Both the position numbers and the translations under genes were made by a program. 64,000 nt of DNA from Narcine bancroftii (Eukaryota), in the NCBI RefSeq assembly GCF_036971445.1, contig NC_091471.1, positions 350,300,001 to 350,364,000 of the forward strand, written 5' to 3'. Of this stretch, positions 1-24,139 are shown piece after piece; the first letter of the stretch is position 1; each line of letters starts with the position of its first letter. Under the pieces are notes generated by a model. The model saw nothing but the letters and a program-made list of their open reading frames with translations, did no database searches and was not told the DNA's origin.

Positions 1-445
1 ACTCCTGTCCTGGATGAAAGTGATAAATGCTGTTCTGCTTAACTAACTTGTTAATTGCATTTTGTTGCAAGGAAACTAACGTTAACATAATAACTAAGCT
101 GAAAAAAATTGATGCTAGTGAGTTCGAGAAAAAAAAACTTTAAACTGGTTAATAGGTCAGGTTAGCAGCTGAGGAAAAATAAACCTGGAAAAGTTAACTC
201 TGATTTCTCTTTCCATGGACACTGCTGAGCACTTCCTGCATTTTAATCTTTTAATCAAGAATGATAAGCCTAACAGATTTCTACAGTTCATGAAACAATG
301 GAGGCAAGGGGGCAAGGACAGAGGAAAATGAGTGGTATAGATGTGGCGTAGATTAAAAATCAAGCAGAATATTCATTGAAAAAATAAACATTATTTTGTA
401 CTAGAATATTTTCTTAAACTCAAAAAAAGTTTGATGCCACTATAC

Positions 446-887
446 CTTGTAGCAGATTAGGTCGTAATATGATGTGTCCCTTCAATATGTCTTTATTTAC
501 ATCTTTCTTGTTTAATAATGCTTGCAATGCTGCCACATCCACCAGTTTCATTGATCCGTTGTCGTAATTCTGATTCCCTTTCAACTGATGAGGACTCTGG
601 ACTCCAAACACCTGCTCTCTAGATAACACCATCAAGCCCCACCAGTTAGTGGCCAAGTTTCTCTTGAGTTCCATTCCCAAATGTCCATAATTGAAATGAC
701 CATTGATGAGTATGTCTTGTGTAATGTTATCTCCAGATACAAAATGTCTCTTCTGGCAAAGTTCAATCAATGCTTCAGTAAGATCAGAATGGTCAAAAGT
801 AGATTTACTGCATTTTCTTAAATCAAGCCAAAGGCCAAGAATCTTCCAATTATGTTGGAACACCTTATTGGTGACCTTCAGAACCAT
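446..887 (-). CDS. POLG2: DNA polymerase gamma accessory subunit, first coding exon (gene continues off the left end of the window)
   Basis: Translation EALIELCQKRHFVSG..GHLGMELKRNLATNWW..REQVF..LRPNLLQG matches the POLG2 N-terminal domain. First ATG at 887; donor G|GTATAG at 445; synteny with DDX5. Confidence 0.92.
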
Positions 888-1289
888 AATAACAAAAAGT
901 AGTTCATAATAAAAGAACGGCACTCAGATCTATTCTTTCATCATATCAGGATGTTTCCGAGCATTTTAAAACCATTGATGTACGTTTTGAATGAACCACA
1001 AAGGCAGAGAATATTGCAAAATGGTCCCGATAATTTGTCAATTTTGATCCTTACATCACAAAACATCTGTAGAAAAAAAATTCAAGTTTATTCAGAGAAA
1101 TAAAATATTTTTTGAACTTCCTATTCAATGGATTAGTATTGTTTTTAATAAACTGCAATGACAATCAGAAATATTTAGTAATCTCTTCACTTCATCACAA
1201 TACTGTGTCAACCAAGGGCAGCTAATGTCTATATTTTTTAGGGTAGAAAATATTTTGTCATTTCATATTCTAATTCTTCAATGCAATCG

Positions 1290-1740
1290 AAGCAGAAATA
1301 TGTTTGGATACAAGGCCAAGTCAAGACATGCCTAATAATTCCAATATCAAGATTCACACATTAAACCCTTTCTTGCCATCTGGCTCCTATTACAAATTTG
1401 ATAAAAACAATTTACAAACTAAGGCTAATATCTATAGTACATGGCACTTTGTTGAAATCAAGGTAAACCTCATTGGACAAAATTAAAAAGACATGGGAGC
1501 AGGACCTCCATATTTCAATTCTGAAGATTCTTCAGAATGATTAATACATCATCTCTATGCACGCTTCATTCACTATTACATTTTAAAGTTGTGCATAGAG
1601 CCTATATGTCATAAGTTAAATTAGCTCATTTTTATCCTAATATTAGCTCGCTTTCTGACAGAAGTAAGAATGAGGATGGTTCACTAATTCATATGTTCTG
1701 GTCTTATCTGACCCTAGTCAAATATTTGGAAGAGGTTTCC
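1290..1740 (+). mobile_element. Degenerate Tx1/L1-clade LINE, 3' ORF2 fragment
   Basis: Remnant motifs WEQDL, FKVVHRAYMS, GSLIHMFWS (C-terminal zinc-binding region) with stops and frameshifts. Confidence 0.7.
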
Positions 1741-3026
1741 GTCAACCAGGACTACAGTATATCAAATACTGTATTGCTGGCTGAAATCAGGTAAACTATC
1801 ACATAATTGAAGCAGGAAACAAGATTTTCCCAATTCTACGACTAACAGGCATACATTTATTAGGCTATTTACAAAACATTATTATGGTTGCAATTTTATT
1901 TTTTTCTGTCGACAGAATTTTGCTTGTGATAAATGAATAGAAATTGAATACTACATAAAAGAACTGAGTATCTTCAGTTCCTACCTCAAACCATTGATTT
2001 TATAATTATTCCTGGTAAATGCTCAAGGTTAAAGCTTGATCCAATTCTTAAACAAGATGGTCTGAATTATATCTGCAACACTGCTTTATCAAGCCAGTAA
2101 CTCAGTAGTCTCCTTTTGCAACTCATCTCAATTATGTTGTTACTTCATGCCCCAGGTCTTCTTGGCAATTTATTTCTACTCAAAATAACAAGAATTATGC
2201 TAACAGACATGTATGTTATTAAAGAGCTTTTGGGAACAATTTGTACAAGTCAGGTCAGCAGAAACTGAATTCACAAAAAGCCAGAAAAGGAGAAGTGTAA
2301 AATTATTTACATTTGCTTGGCTTGCTGGAGAGTGAAATAATTTAAAGTCACAACTGAGGCTTTAACATTGATGTTGGTACAATGGGGATGGGAAGCCCAG
2401 GTATGATGGGGAATTGGTATTTCGTGCAACCCCATGTAATGGCGCTGCTGAGAACACAGGGAGAGTGGGAAGAGGACACAGCGCTCCCCGCTGATGGCTC
2501 TGTACAGGCTTCAAACAGTCCGTTAAAGAAATCAATGGTGTTTTATTTTAAAATCCTGTGACCACAGGGTATGGGCCCAGGATAGTGGTGCCTGTGTTCA
2601 GCACTGGTCTCAAGGGGGTGTATGCAGATTCTGGGGGAGCAGCAGACTGGCACAGGGCAACAGTAATGGGGAGAATACAACCCACTGAAAAGGAGAAGCA
2701 GAGGAGACAACCCTAAGTTCAGTCACCACCGCGGCGGACAAGCAATTGGCTCGACATCTGAAGGATACAGGCGAGCTGTTGGTGACTTGCAGGTGAGGAA
2801 CCCACACAAGCTCTTGGCGACTTGAGGACAAAGGTCTCACAGGAGGCTGCGGGCTGCTGGTTCATGAGAACTGGGCTCCGGAACCAGGATTTGAGAGAAT
2901 GCTGAGGGCAAGAAGGACCTTGGGTCAGAGGTTTGATCTGGGCTCGTGTTGCCGACTGCTTGAACTGGAGTCTTGTACAGCTGCAGAGGCTGTGGGAGCG
3001 CCGAAGACGAATCCATGGATAACAAT

Positions 3027-3190
3027 TATAGCATAGAAACAGGCCAGTTCAGCCTTTCTAGTCCATGCCGAACACCTTCTCCGACCTAATCCATTGACCC
3101 GCACCCATAACCCTCCAGACCTCTCTCATCCATATACCTATCCAACTTTTCCTTAAATATTAAAATCGAGCCTGCAACTACCACTTTGGC
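3027..3190 (-). mobile_element. CR1-type LINE 3' end
   Basis: Minus-strand FKEKLDRYMDERGLEGYG plus 3' tail, similar to the CR1 at 38098-38730. Confidence 0.75.
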
Positions 3191-3675
3191 TACTTGGTGA
3201 CTTTTTTGCTTCTCTTTCTCTGACTGTAATGGGCACCAAGCAATGCTAATGGCTAATCTTAAATCTGCCTTATGGCAGACTAAAGGCATTTTTGTGTATT
3301 ATATGATTTATTACATGCCATTAAATAACATCTGATCTAATCGAAGAAAAGCAAGACCATGAGTGATTTGAAATCAAGAGATTGTTGAATCTGAATGTAT
3401 AGGTCACTGGGCATCAGTGCTCCTAATTACACTATTCCCCCCCCCCCCCCCCACTGCACTCAGGGAGATAGTACAAGGAACACAAACAGCAGTTGGTGAA
3501 TCCGGATTACTTGCACAAGAACAAGGGAGTCCAATCTCCCAACTTTTCTTTCTTGGGATTAAATATTAACAAACTGTTTTTAAAGAAAATACATCCACAG
3601 CTGTTTTAAAAAAAGCCCCAGAGCTGTATAATGTGCAGCGACAGAAACCGCAGCACAGACACGCGTTAAACTCAC

Positions 3676-3800
3676 CTCCCGACAGCCTCGCCACTTCACT
3701 GTCGTCACTTCCTGGGATACAGCGGCGGCGGCGACGCTCCGTTTTGCGCATGCGTGCTTCCAAGTGCCGTTTCCTCTGGCGACGGGTTGCACCTTGCCTG
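3676..3800 (-). promoter_or_regulatory. Probable POLG2 promoter and non-coding first exon (small CpG-rich island)
   Basis: NRF1-like TGCGCATGCGTG at 3745-3756 and ETS/GABP-like CACTTCCTG at about 3706-3714. Strong minus-strand donor GAG|GTGAGT at 3675. Matching acceptor TTTTTTTTCTACAG ends at 1067, upstream of the POLG2 ATG. Confidence 0.65.
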
Positions 3801-4435
3801 GGAAACGGTGTGAATGGAGATCATCCACTCACAAACAAGCTATAAGAGAGTAGCTTTTGATTGTGGTCATTATTATTTCTCACAGACGGTAAGGTTAGCT
3901 TTTTATGAATTTATACTTTCAAACGGTTCTCCAAATATTTTTGCTCGAGCCGATTGTGGTTGATTCTCAAGATCCAAGATTCAATGTATTGTCATGTAAT
4001 GAAGACAGTGCAATATTACACGTATGACAGATTATATTATATTTTATATTGATATGTTTTAAAGGAAATAGGTTTTTTAAGCATAGGTCACATACAAACA
4101 CTTCAACACAGATCTCATTTAAAATGCCAGAGCTCTCTCTGCTCAAGCCACAGTCCAGGCGAGTGCCTTTGTAAAAACGTTTGAGGAATGCCTTTAAGTA
4201 CTTCACAAGTAGGTGTTAATTGGACCTACCTGCTGTGGAGTAATGGATTCTTGTTTTGGAAAGCAACAGATGGACAAAGTGGGAAGATTAGGTCCGGAGC
4301 CGCAGTCTGAGTGCATTTCGCTATTCTAAGAGAGTCAGGTGGTTTTCTCTGAGAGAGAGAGAAAATTCAGTTCGACAGTTCAGCAGCTGCAACTGGGATT
4401 GGAACATGGAGGAAAAACCCAATTTTTTTAAAGAA

Positions 4436-6284
4436 TTTGGTTTTTTTTTACACTATGAACCATACTGACCAAAATACACATAAACATTTCCCTCTTGAAT
4501 ATACAGTATCATTTTTCCCCCTCCCTCCCTCCCCACCCACTCAACTTTCAACATATACGATACATTAAACCCATTAAACAATGTCATCACACAATGAAAA
4601 TAAACAAGAAATTTGTGTCATCTACTTTTACACACTGGATCAGTTCATTTTGTCTTCTCATTCTATCATTTTAGGGGTGGAGGTCCGCGGTAGCCCCTCT
4701 CTGTTGTGTTCCATGTACAGTTCCCAAATTTGTTCGAATACTGTGATGTTATTTCTTAAATTATGTTTTTTTTTTCCAAAGTGTGAGAGATGAGTAAACT
4801 TGACATAAAAATATGAAAGATGGGGAAACGAGTACAGACACATGGAGTGATGGATTAAACCAGTATGAACAGGCTAAGCATGGAAATTAGGATGCAGAAA
4901 GCAGAGTCAGCCTATGTAAGATAAGAACCTTCTAGTCCTTTCGACAGTATCAGTGAGCCCACCGTATGAATAAGATAAGGAGAGGTAAGGAATAATAGAA
5001 TGTAGGAAGTTGAGATAGTCTGGATGAGATAAGGGTCTCCTAGCCCTAGACAGAAGTACCAAGTTCTACATATATAATTAGTAAGCCATACACTGATTTA
5101 TCAAGTTATGCATATTTAATTAGTAAACCCTAGACAGGATTAGCGAACTCTGCATATGAAGGGACTGTAGCTCTGAGAGTTGGAAAGATGTGAATGGGGA
5201 CGAGGGCAAGGTTATGAATAAGGACAATGGGGATAATGACATGAGAAGACACCGACAGGATACCCCCTGGTCCTCCAAGTCCACTGAAACTGCACGTAGG
5301 CAGGAAGGATTGCCATCCAGCGGGCAGAAGAATGTAAGGGGGAGGGTATTCTGATACTGAAATTCACTGTATAAAAGTTGGGTGAGCCCCAGTGTATGTA
5401 TGTATTCCCAGGGTAAGGGGAAGCACCCAACTTTGCATTGTTGTTATAATAAATGTTCTTTGTTCTCAATTTTTGTCTCGAGCAATTTCTGTTAAGGTAT
5501 TTCTATTTCTAACAAATGGAATAGATTTATTCATTTCTATGTACCATTGCTGTATTCTCAGTCGATCTTCTGATTTCCAGGTTGACATAATACATTTTTT
5601 TTGCTACAGCTAAGGCTATCATAATAAATCTTTTTTGTGCTCCATCCAAATCAAGGCCAAGTTCTTTACTTCTTATATTACTTAGAAGATCTATGGATTT
5701 TTTGGTATGTTGCTTTTCATGATTTTATTTAATACCTGATTTAGATCTTCCCAAAACTTTTCCACTTTCTCACATGCCCAAATTGCATGTACTGTTGTTC
5801 CCGTTTCCTCCTTACAGCGAAAACATCTGATACTGTTGGATCCCATTTATTTAACTTTTGGGGCGTGGTGTAGAGACTGTGTAACCAATTATATTGTATC
5901 ATGTGTAACCTCATGTTTATTGTATTTCTCATAGTTCCAGAGCATAGCTTTTCCCATGTTTCAAATCTTTATATTTAGATCTTGTCCCCACTTTTGTTTG
6001 GGTTTACAGCTTATTATGTCGTTATCTTTCAGTTTGATGTACATGTTTGTTATAAATCTTTTAATTATCATTGTGTCTGTAATCACATATTCAAAACTGT
6101 TTCCTTCTGGTAACCTTAGCCTGCTTCCCAATTTGTCCTTCAAGTAGGTTTTCAGTTGGTGGTCTGCAAACATTGTACCGTGAGTTATACCATATTTGTA
6201 CTTCATTTGTTCAAAATATAATAATTTATTTCCCGAAAAACAATTTTCTATTCTTTTGATCCCTTTTCTCTCCCATTCTCTAAA
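4436..6284 (-). mobile_element. 5'-truncated Tx1/L1-clade LINE (3' ORF2 and tail)
   Basis: Motifs FREWERKGIKRIENCF, IQYNWLHSLYTTPQKLNKWD, FEQIWE. Flanked by an approximately 15-bp TSD GGAAAA(A/C)CC(C)ATTTT. Same family as 62690-63540. Confidence 0.85.
4782..5514 (+). mobile_element. Solo LTR (family B, ERV/Gypsy-like) inserted in the L1
   Basis: TG...CA ends with imperfect terminal IR TGTGAGAGAT/ATTTCTAACA; 4-bp TSD AAAG/AATG; internal TATAAAA (about 5370) and AATAAA (about 5448). The L1 sequence resumes exactly on the other side. Confidence 0.75.
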
Positions 6285-6949
6285 GGAAAAACCCCATTTT
6301 GAAGACAGGTTGTGAGTTCTTAGTTCAGCCTGTTCAAAGCCCTCGTGGACCATACAAGAGGAGCGGACCAGCTGTCTGTTTCACTTGAAATAAGGGAAAC
6401 AGAAAAGGAACTCTGTGGTGAACTGAAAGAAAGAGGTGATCATCTGGAAAACCCTGATAGGGCAAGTTGGCAAGACACTCATGTGGCTGATCAGAAGCCA
6501 ACAAGCAACAAATCTCTCTCTGAAAACCAACAAGAATCTTTTTGTGCAGAAACCATTTACCTTTCAAGCACCAAAGCCTGGTGAAGATTCATAAATGTTA
6601 AATTCTGTGCACAATATAAGAATTGCCTGATACCGGTGGAGGAGTGAGAAGTGAGATTGGTCTGTGAATCAAATAACTTTTCTGAACTTAGACACACATT
6701 ACATACACAAGCAGTTAATAGTAATAAATTAAAGTTTGATCCTGTTTTCATGTTTAAGGATAATTAAAAGCAACTTTTGTTTAAGTAATAATTTCTCTTG
6801 GTGAATTTCTATTGATGCTGTGTTTTGGGGTCCTCTGCGCTCATAACGCACGAAACTGCCTTTTATCTGCATAAGGCAGATTCTCTATTGGCAAAAATTG
6901 TTTGAAATGCCTACAGTCATTTTAGAGAAATAAAAGCAAGAGTCACCGA

Positions 6950-9900
6950 GTGTTCATGGATGCGCCTCCAGCACTTCTGCAGCCACAGAGATCATTCCGA
7001 GCTCCAGATCTGACATGATAAGGAATCCTTCGGCACCCACATGCTTTCCATTTCTGATACCTGGTACCCCCTTCACCCAGTCTTAAGTCCGTCTCCAGCA
7101 GTCCACAGCCTGGTGGGAGCCCTTGACCGCAGCCTACGGGGGTTCCTTGCCGCAAGTCACCAACAGCTCATTGCCAGTGTGGGTTCTTTAGCCGCAGAAC
7201 CCCTCATTAGTCCACCACTGTGGTCACTGTCCCATGGGTTGTCTTCTCTGATTGAAATGGGGCGAGGCCACGCAGAGGTGTTTTAATTGAGTTCTTGGTG
7301 AAGAGTACTAAAAAGATAGTTAAAACTTTGATAATTTTTTACTAAAATATGGACAACTACTAAGAAACCAAGGCAGCTGAGAGAAAAAATAATGAAGTTT
7401 CTACTCAGCCAGGAACATCGAGCATAAAAGAAGTGACGTAAAAGTGACTTTGGGATCAGTGGACCCCGGCAGAGGCTGGATAGTCTGGACAAAAATTAAT
7501 TATCCTAGAGAAAATGGAAAACTTGAACAATCGATTTTTTGGCATTGAAAATGTAATTGGAGACATGACTGAAAGGATGACTGAAATTAATAATTGAATA
7601 GAAAGAATGACCCAAACAGAAACAGACATGGTTAAAAAACACAAGACCAGCTAAAAGCTTTGGAGAAAGATACAAAACAATGGGACTCGGATAGACAAGG
7701 TCTGCTGGACAAGAATGACCACATGGAGAATTTTAGCAGACAAAATAATGTCTGAATTATTGTACTGAAAGAAGGAATCAAGAGATCCAGTGAACTTGTT
7801 CAAAACATGGATCTGGTGAGTGCTGGGAGAAGACAAGTTCAGAGAAAAGTTGTATACTGAAAGGGCTCACCAGACCCTCAGACCCAAGAGATCCAGTGAT
7901 CAGTGACCATGACTAGTCCTGGTAAGACTTTTGAGTTACTGGGAACAGGAGACAATTCTGGAAGCAGGATATGAATGCTCTAAGCAAAATAATGGTCTGA
8001 CAAAGATTGACCATGAAAAAGTGCCATTTTTATTTCAAGATTTTAGTCTTACTTTGATTAAGCAGATGAAGCAGTTTGACGATGTAAAAAGACAAATGAG
8101 TTCCAAAAACTTGAAATATTCGATGATATACCCTACGACTCTGAGGGTTGAAGTTGCAGAAGGTAATCAACAGTTTTTCAAGACTAAGAATGAGATGGAA
8201 GACATCCTGCGAGGTTTATGAAAAAGCTAAGGCTGCCAAAGAGGAAGAATGTGAAGTTTACAATGAAACTAAGTAAAAGTTGTAATTAAAAAAAACTTAT
8301 TTATTTTTTGAAAAGTAAACTTCATTGAAATGTGCACAGAGAGCTCAGAAGAGAGAAAAATTGTGAAAAATAGTAGCAAGGTGGACAAAGGGGAGAATGG
8401 TGCCCGGAGAGGAATATGTATAAAGGATGGCACCAAAGAGATGGTTTCTTCTTCCTCAAGAGATTCCACAGGTTTTTTTTCTCGTGGGCTTTTGGTATTT
8501 TCTGTTTACGTCACCATCAGGGCAGGGTCATTGATTTTTTTTTAAAAAGGGGAAAGATCACTATTATTTAAACAATCAGAAAGGTTTTAGTATTAATATT
8601 TGTTTGAAAAACCAATATGTTTAGAATGTTAAAATTTATTAGTCAATTTATTAGACAGAACTTGACACACCTAAAAAATTTATAAGAAATGCATCTTACC
8701 AAATTGGAACTTGCCAAATTAAAGAGTATGGGTGGGACAAGTAATATCTATATTTGGCTCAAAAGCAAGAGTAGCAGCAATTCTAATTAATAAAAATATA
8801 CCAATAGTATTAGGAGACAATTGATCAAGTCGGAAGATTTGCAATGGCATATTGTAAACTTTATGCAGAATCATGGATATTTATGAATATCTATGCACCA
8901 AATTATGATGATGAAGCCTTTATGAAAGCTATCTTTTTTTAAAAAAATGCAGAGGGAAGACAAAATATACTGGTTGGACACTTCATTTTCAATCTCGATC
9001 CAATACTGGATAAATCACCCAGAACAGTGACATGGGCAAAAGCGACACTATCATTTATGAAGGATTTAAATTTAATTGATGTATGGAGGCAGCTTAACAC
9101 CATAGATGATTCACATCAAGGATTGATTTGTTTTTAATGTCTGCCCAGTTAAAAAGTAGTGGTAAAAATGGAATATTTGGCAAGACTTCTATCAGATAAT
9201 TCAATATTAACTATTGCGATAATGGAAAAACAAGAAAATGTACACAGATGGCGTTTGTATACTGTTGAAAAGGAAGTTTTGTGAGTTTATTAAGAGACGG
9301 AACTATTTTATTAAACTACCACTTCTACTGATAATAGCTTTTTAATATGGTTTACATTTAAAGCTTATTTAAGAGGACAAATTATTTCCTTTACAAAAAA
9401 TCTCGAGAGAATATGCTACAGAACTAGGTGGTCTAGAGAAAGATTTGATGAAATTGGAAAAATATAGACTGTTAGAGAATAAATTGAAATATAACACAAA
9501 TGTACAGAATATAAATATTAAAACTAAAAAATATTATAAATTTGGAGGATGAGCACATAAATTTTATCTTGGCAGTTCAAGGCAGAGGAATCATCTAGAA
9601 CGATAAATGCAATAAAAAGGGTGATATAACAATCAAAAAGAAATAAATATTTTAGACATTATTTATAATTACTATTAGATGAAAATGAGATGGATGAATT
9701 TTTAACAAACATTGAACTTCCAAAATTAGAAGACAAGAGAATTAATTGATTTAGATGACTCTTTCACAATATAGAAATCAAGAAAGTCTTGGGTACTTTA
9801 TAAGCTAACAAATCTCCAGGGAGGATGGGTTTCCTCCTGAGTAGACAATTTAAAGATGTATTAATACCTCCCATGATAGATGTATTGGACTGGGCAGTGG

Positions 9901-10400
9901 AGACCCAGACCTTCCCAGAATCTTTCTCAACTGCTATAATTACTGTTCTACTGAAGAAAGGTAGAGACCCTTTAAACCCTCATCATATAGACTTGTATCA
10001 CTCCTCAATGTTGATTCTAAAATATTGGCAAAGGCATTAGCTAATATACTGGGACAATATCGACCAAAATTAATACATACAGACCTGGTGGGATTTGTTG
10101 AAGGAAAACACTCTTCAAATAGTCTAAATAGACTATTTAATGTACATATGGCAAAAATCAAAGATGAATTCAAGTATAACCATCTCACAATGCAAAAAAA
10201 AGCATTTGATTGATAGAATGGTCTTTATTTAAAGGATAGGAAAAATTTGGTATAGGCAGAAAATTTATAAACTGGATAAGAACTCTTATCATAAGCCACA
10301 AGCCAAAATTATAACCATCAGATGTCAGCGGTTTTTCCCTTGAGTAGATAAAGAGTAGACAGGTGTCCTGTTTCTGGCACCTTTTATCCTAGCTATTGAT
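6950..10400 (+). mobile_element. Degenerate Tx1/L1-clade LINE (ORF1, endonuclease, N-terminal RT), 3'-truncated
   Basis: ORF1 remnants ERAHQTL, FLFQDFS, YSMIYPTTLRV; endonuclease NIYAPNYDD, LIDVWRQ; RT KSPG, LLNVDSKILAKALAN, KAFD; many disablements. Confidence 0.88.
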
Positions 10401-10601
10401 AAATGCAGGTAGATGTGTTCCCTCTCCATGTGCCTACAATCACAGGTCAACATTTGGATTATCAAAGGCTTCAAATGTTTTAGTTTGCAATTAAGCATGC
10501 AGAAAATATTTCACTGCACCCTCAGTGTCTCATTTAAATTGTGGAAAGTTTTCTTCTTTAAAGTGCCAAGTGAGTTACTGGTCACAATAATGTCTCTAGA
10601 G

Positions 10602-10943
10602 CAATGGTTTTGAAACTGCACCCCCCCCCCCCCCCACCAAACTCACATTCTTGAATATTTCATAGCCATAAGTGCTGTGATTAGTAAGGGATTGCTTAAG
10701 GTGGTCTGTGAGTGGGAAGGTTAAGAACAATTGTTCTAATTGTTACTGAAATATTCTGCTTGAAAAAAATTGTCATTGGTCCTTTCCTTTAGAGTTGTGA
10801 AACCGCATATAACGTGTTAATTGGGTACGATTAAATACCTCACATACCACCTTCAGCAATCCCTTTCTAATCACAGAGCACTTATGGCATAGGGAATGTT
10901 GAAGGTGAAATGAGAGTTTCAGGGGGCAGTTTCAAAACTACTG
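10602..10943. mobile_element. hAT (Charlie-type) MITE with long internal inverted repeats
   Basis: TIRs CAATGGTTTTGAAACTG / CAGTTTCAAAACTACTG; 8-bp TSD CTCTAGAG/CTCTAAAG; roughly 100-bp palindromic arms. Confidence 0.85.
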
Positions 10944-10961
10944 CTCTAAAGCATTCACATT

Positions 10962-11227
10962 ACAGGTTTCTGATTATCCAAAATACCTGGGACCGGACAT
11001 TTTTCAGTTAACTCCGGTTAACGGGGAAATTGCTTTAAGCAACTCAGAGTATCAGCAGAATACTTGTTCAGTGGTTAAACAACAGGTTTTTCAAGCATGA
11101 AATTATGTTCAATTCTTATCCTAAAACATCATCAGCTTACAAAATAAAAGTATAAATTTCAGATAATTTGAAAAATTTCAGATGGAAAATTTCGATTAAA
11201 TGGTTTCAGATAATTGGAAACAATGTA
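10962..11227. mobile_element. Non-autonomous DNA transposon-like element (Tigger/Tc1-type ends); related copies at about 17017-17325 and 21625-22050
   Basis: TACAG..TCTGATTATCCAAAAT start with reciprocal TTTCAGATAAT..TGTA end; internal block shared among the three copies. Confidence 0.45.
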
Positions 11228-11968
11228 TTTACGTAGTGGTGATGTTAATATCCAAGATCCTAAAACGGTCAAGACTCGAAGGCAATTTCTAGTTCTGTGT
11301 AGTGTAAATCTCACTTGTAGCATTTCATGTTCATAAACATTATTTCCAAAGTTGAACTTTACAAAACTATGGCAAATCTCCAATATCAAATATTGAAGCA
11401 GTCAAAATCCCCAGTCAAATCGAGCATAGTATATTTAGATGCATGAATCCTTCCAAATCCAACTTTGCACACTAAATTAATGCATTTGTACACAGTAATT
11501 TGACAAAACATGTGGCATCAGGATTAAAGTTTGAGAAGTTTGTGCCAAAGCCAGGGACTAGATTAATTCTAAACTCAGATTTCAAATTTGTTCAGAATGA
11601 AGATGAACAAGTTACAAATGGTATGGATCCATTAATCTGAACAAGCAATTCCAAGATGTTGGCCGGCTGCAACTTAGAAACATCAGGACCAAGAATTATT
11701 AAATTAACACTATTGGCAAACTGCAACATACCTATCCTGACAATTGAACAAAAAAATCTTGGTAAGTAATCTTGGAGGAAAGTATATTCTTGTTCAGGTT
11801 CATGTCTACTTAGAGGAATGTAGATCAACACAAGCATGGATAGAAAATAGGAAGAAAGTAGTCTTCAAATGTACAGCAGATGATCAGAACAAAAGTAGGA
11901 TGTCAAATTTACTCCAGAAAATGCAATTGCGCAAACAGATCTTCAATATGTACTTTTGAATTCAACTT

Positions 11969-11974
11969 TTTATT
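11969..11974 (-). terminator. Probable DDX5 polyadenylation signal AATAAA
   Basis: Canonical hexamer about 340 nt downstream of the DDX5 stop codon. Confidence 0.6.
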
Positions 11975-12313
11975 TAAAATGACACTTTGGCAGTTACATA
12001 CATACAGAACTCAAGACTTTCAAACTTCCATATTGGAAGGACATGCATCTTTACATACACTGTGGTACTTTATGCATAAGTTAAACTTGTATAATATTAA
12101 TCTGCCATTCTAATAGAAAAAGACTAACAAAAATTTCCAAGGAATGTAAAGTAACAAAAAATTAAATAATGGGGAAAGTGCACCAATCCTACTGCTGCAC
12201 TGCAGTCTTTCTTGCAATATCAATGGTTTCTAATATTAAAGAACTTTCTCATCCTCTCAAACAAAAGTTACAGTACAAGTTAGAAGAGAATGAAAAACAT
12301 CTAGTTCAATAAG

Positions 12314-24139
<11,826 letters not shown>

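Larger units (their letters stand above)
4023..6848 (+). mobile_element. Solo LTR-like element (family A), split by an L1 insertion
   Basis: Both halves (4023-4435 and 6285-6848) align by eye with the uninterrupted copy at 37021-38028. 4-bp TSD CACG/CACG; termini are decayed TG...CA. Confidence 0.7.

Noticed and set aside
157-363. POLG2 coding exon 2
   Set aside because: No similarity to the expected ALEHYVNCL..LPYGLAQIG segment; the next exon lies outside the window.
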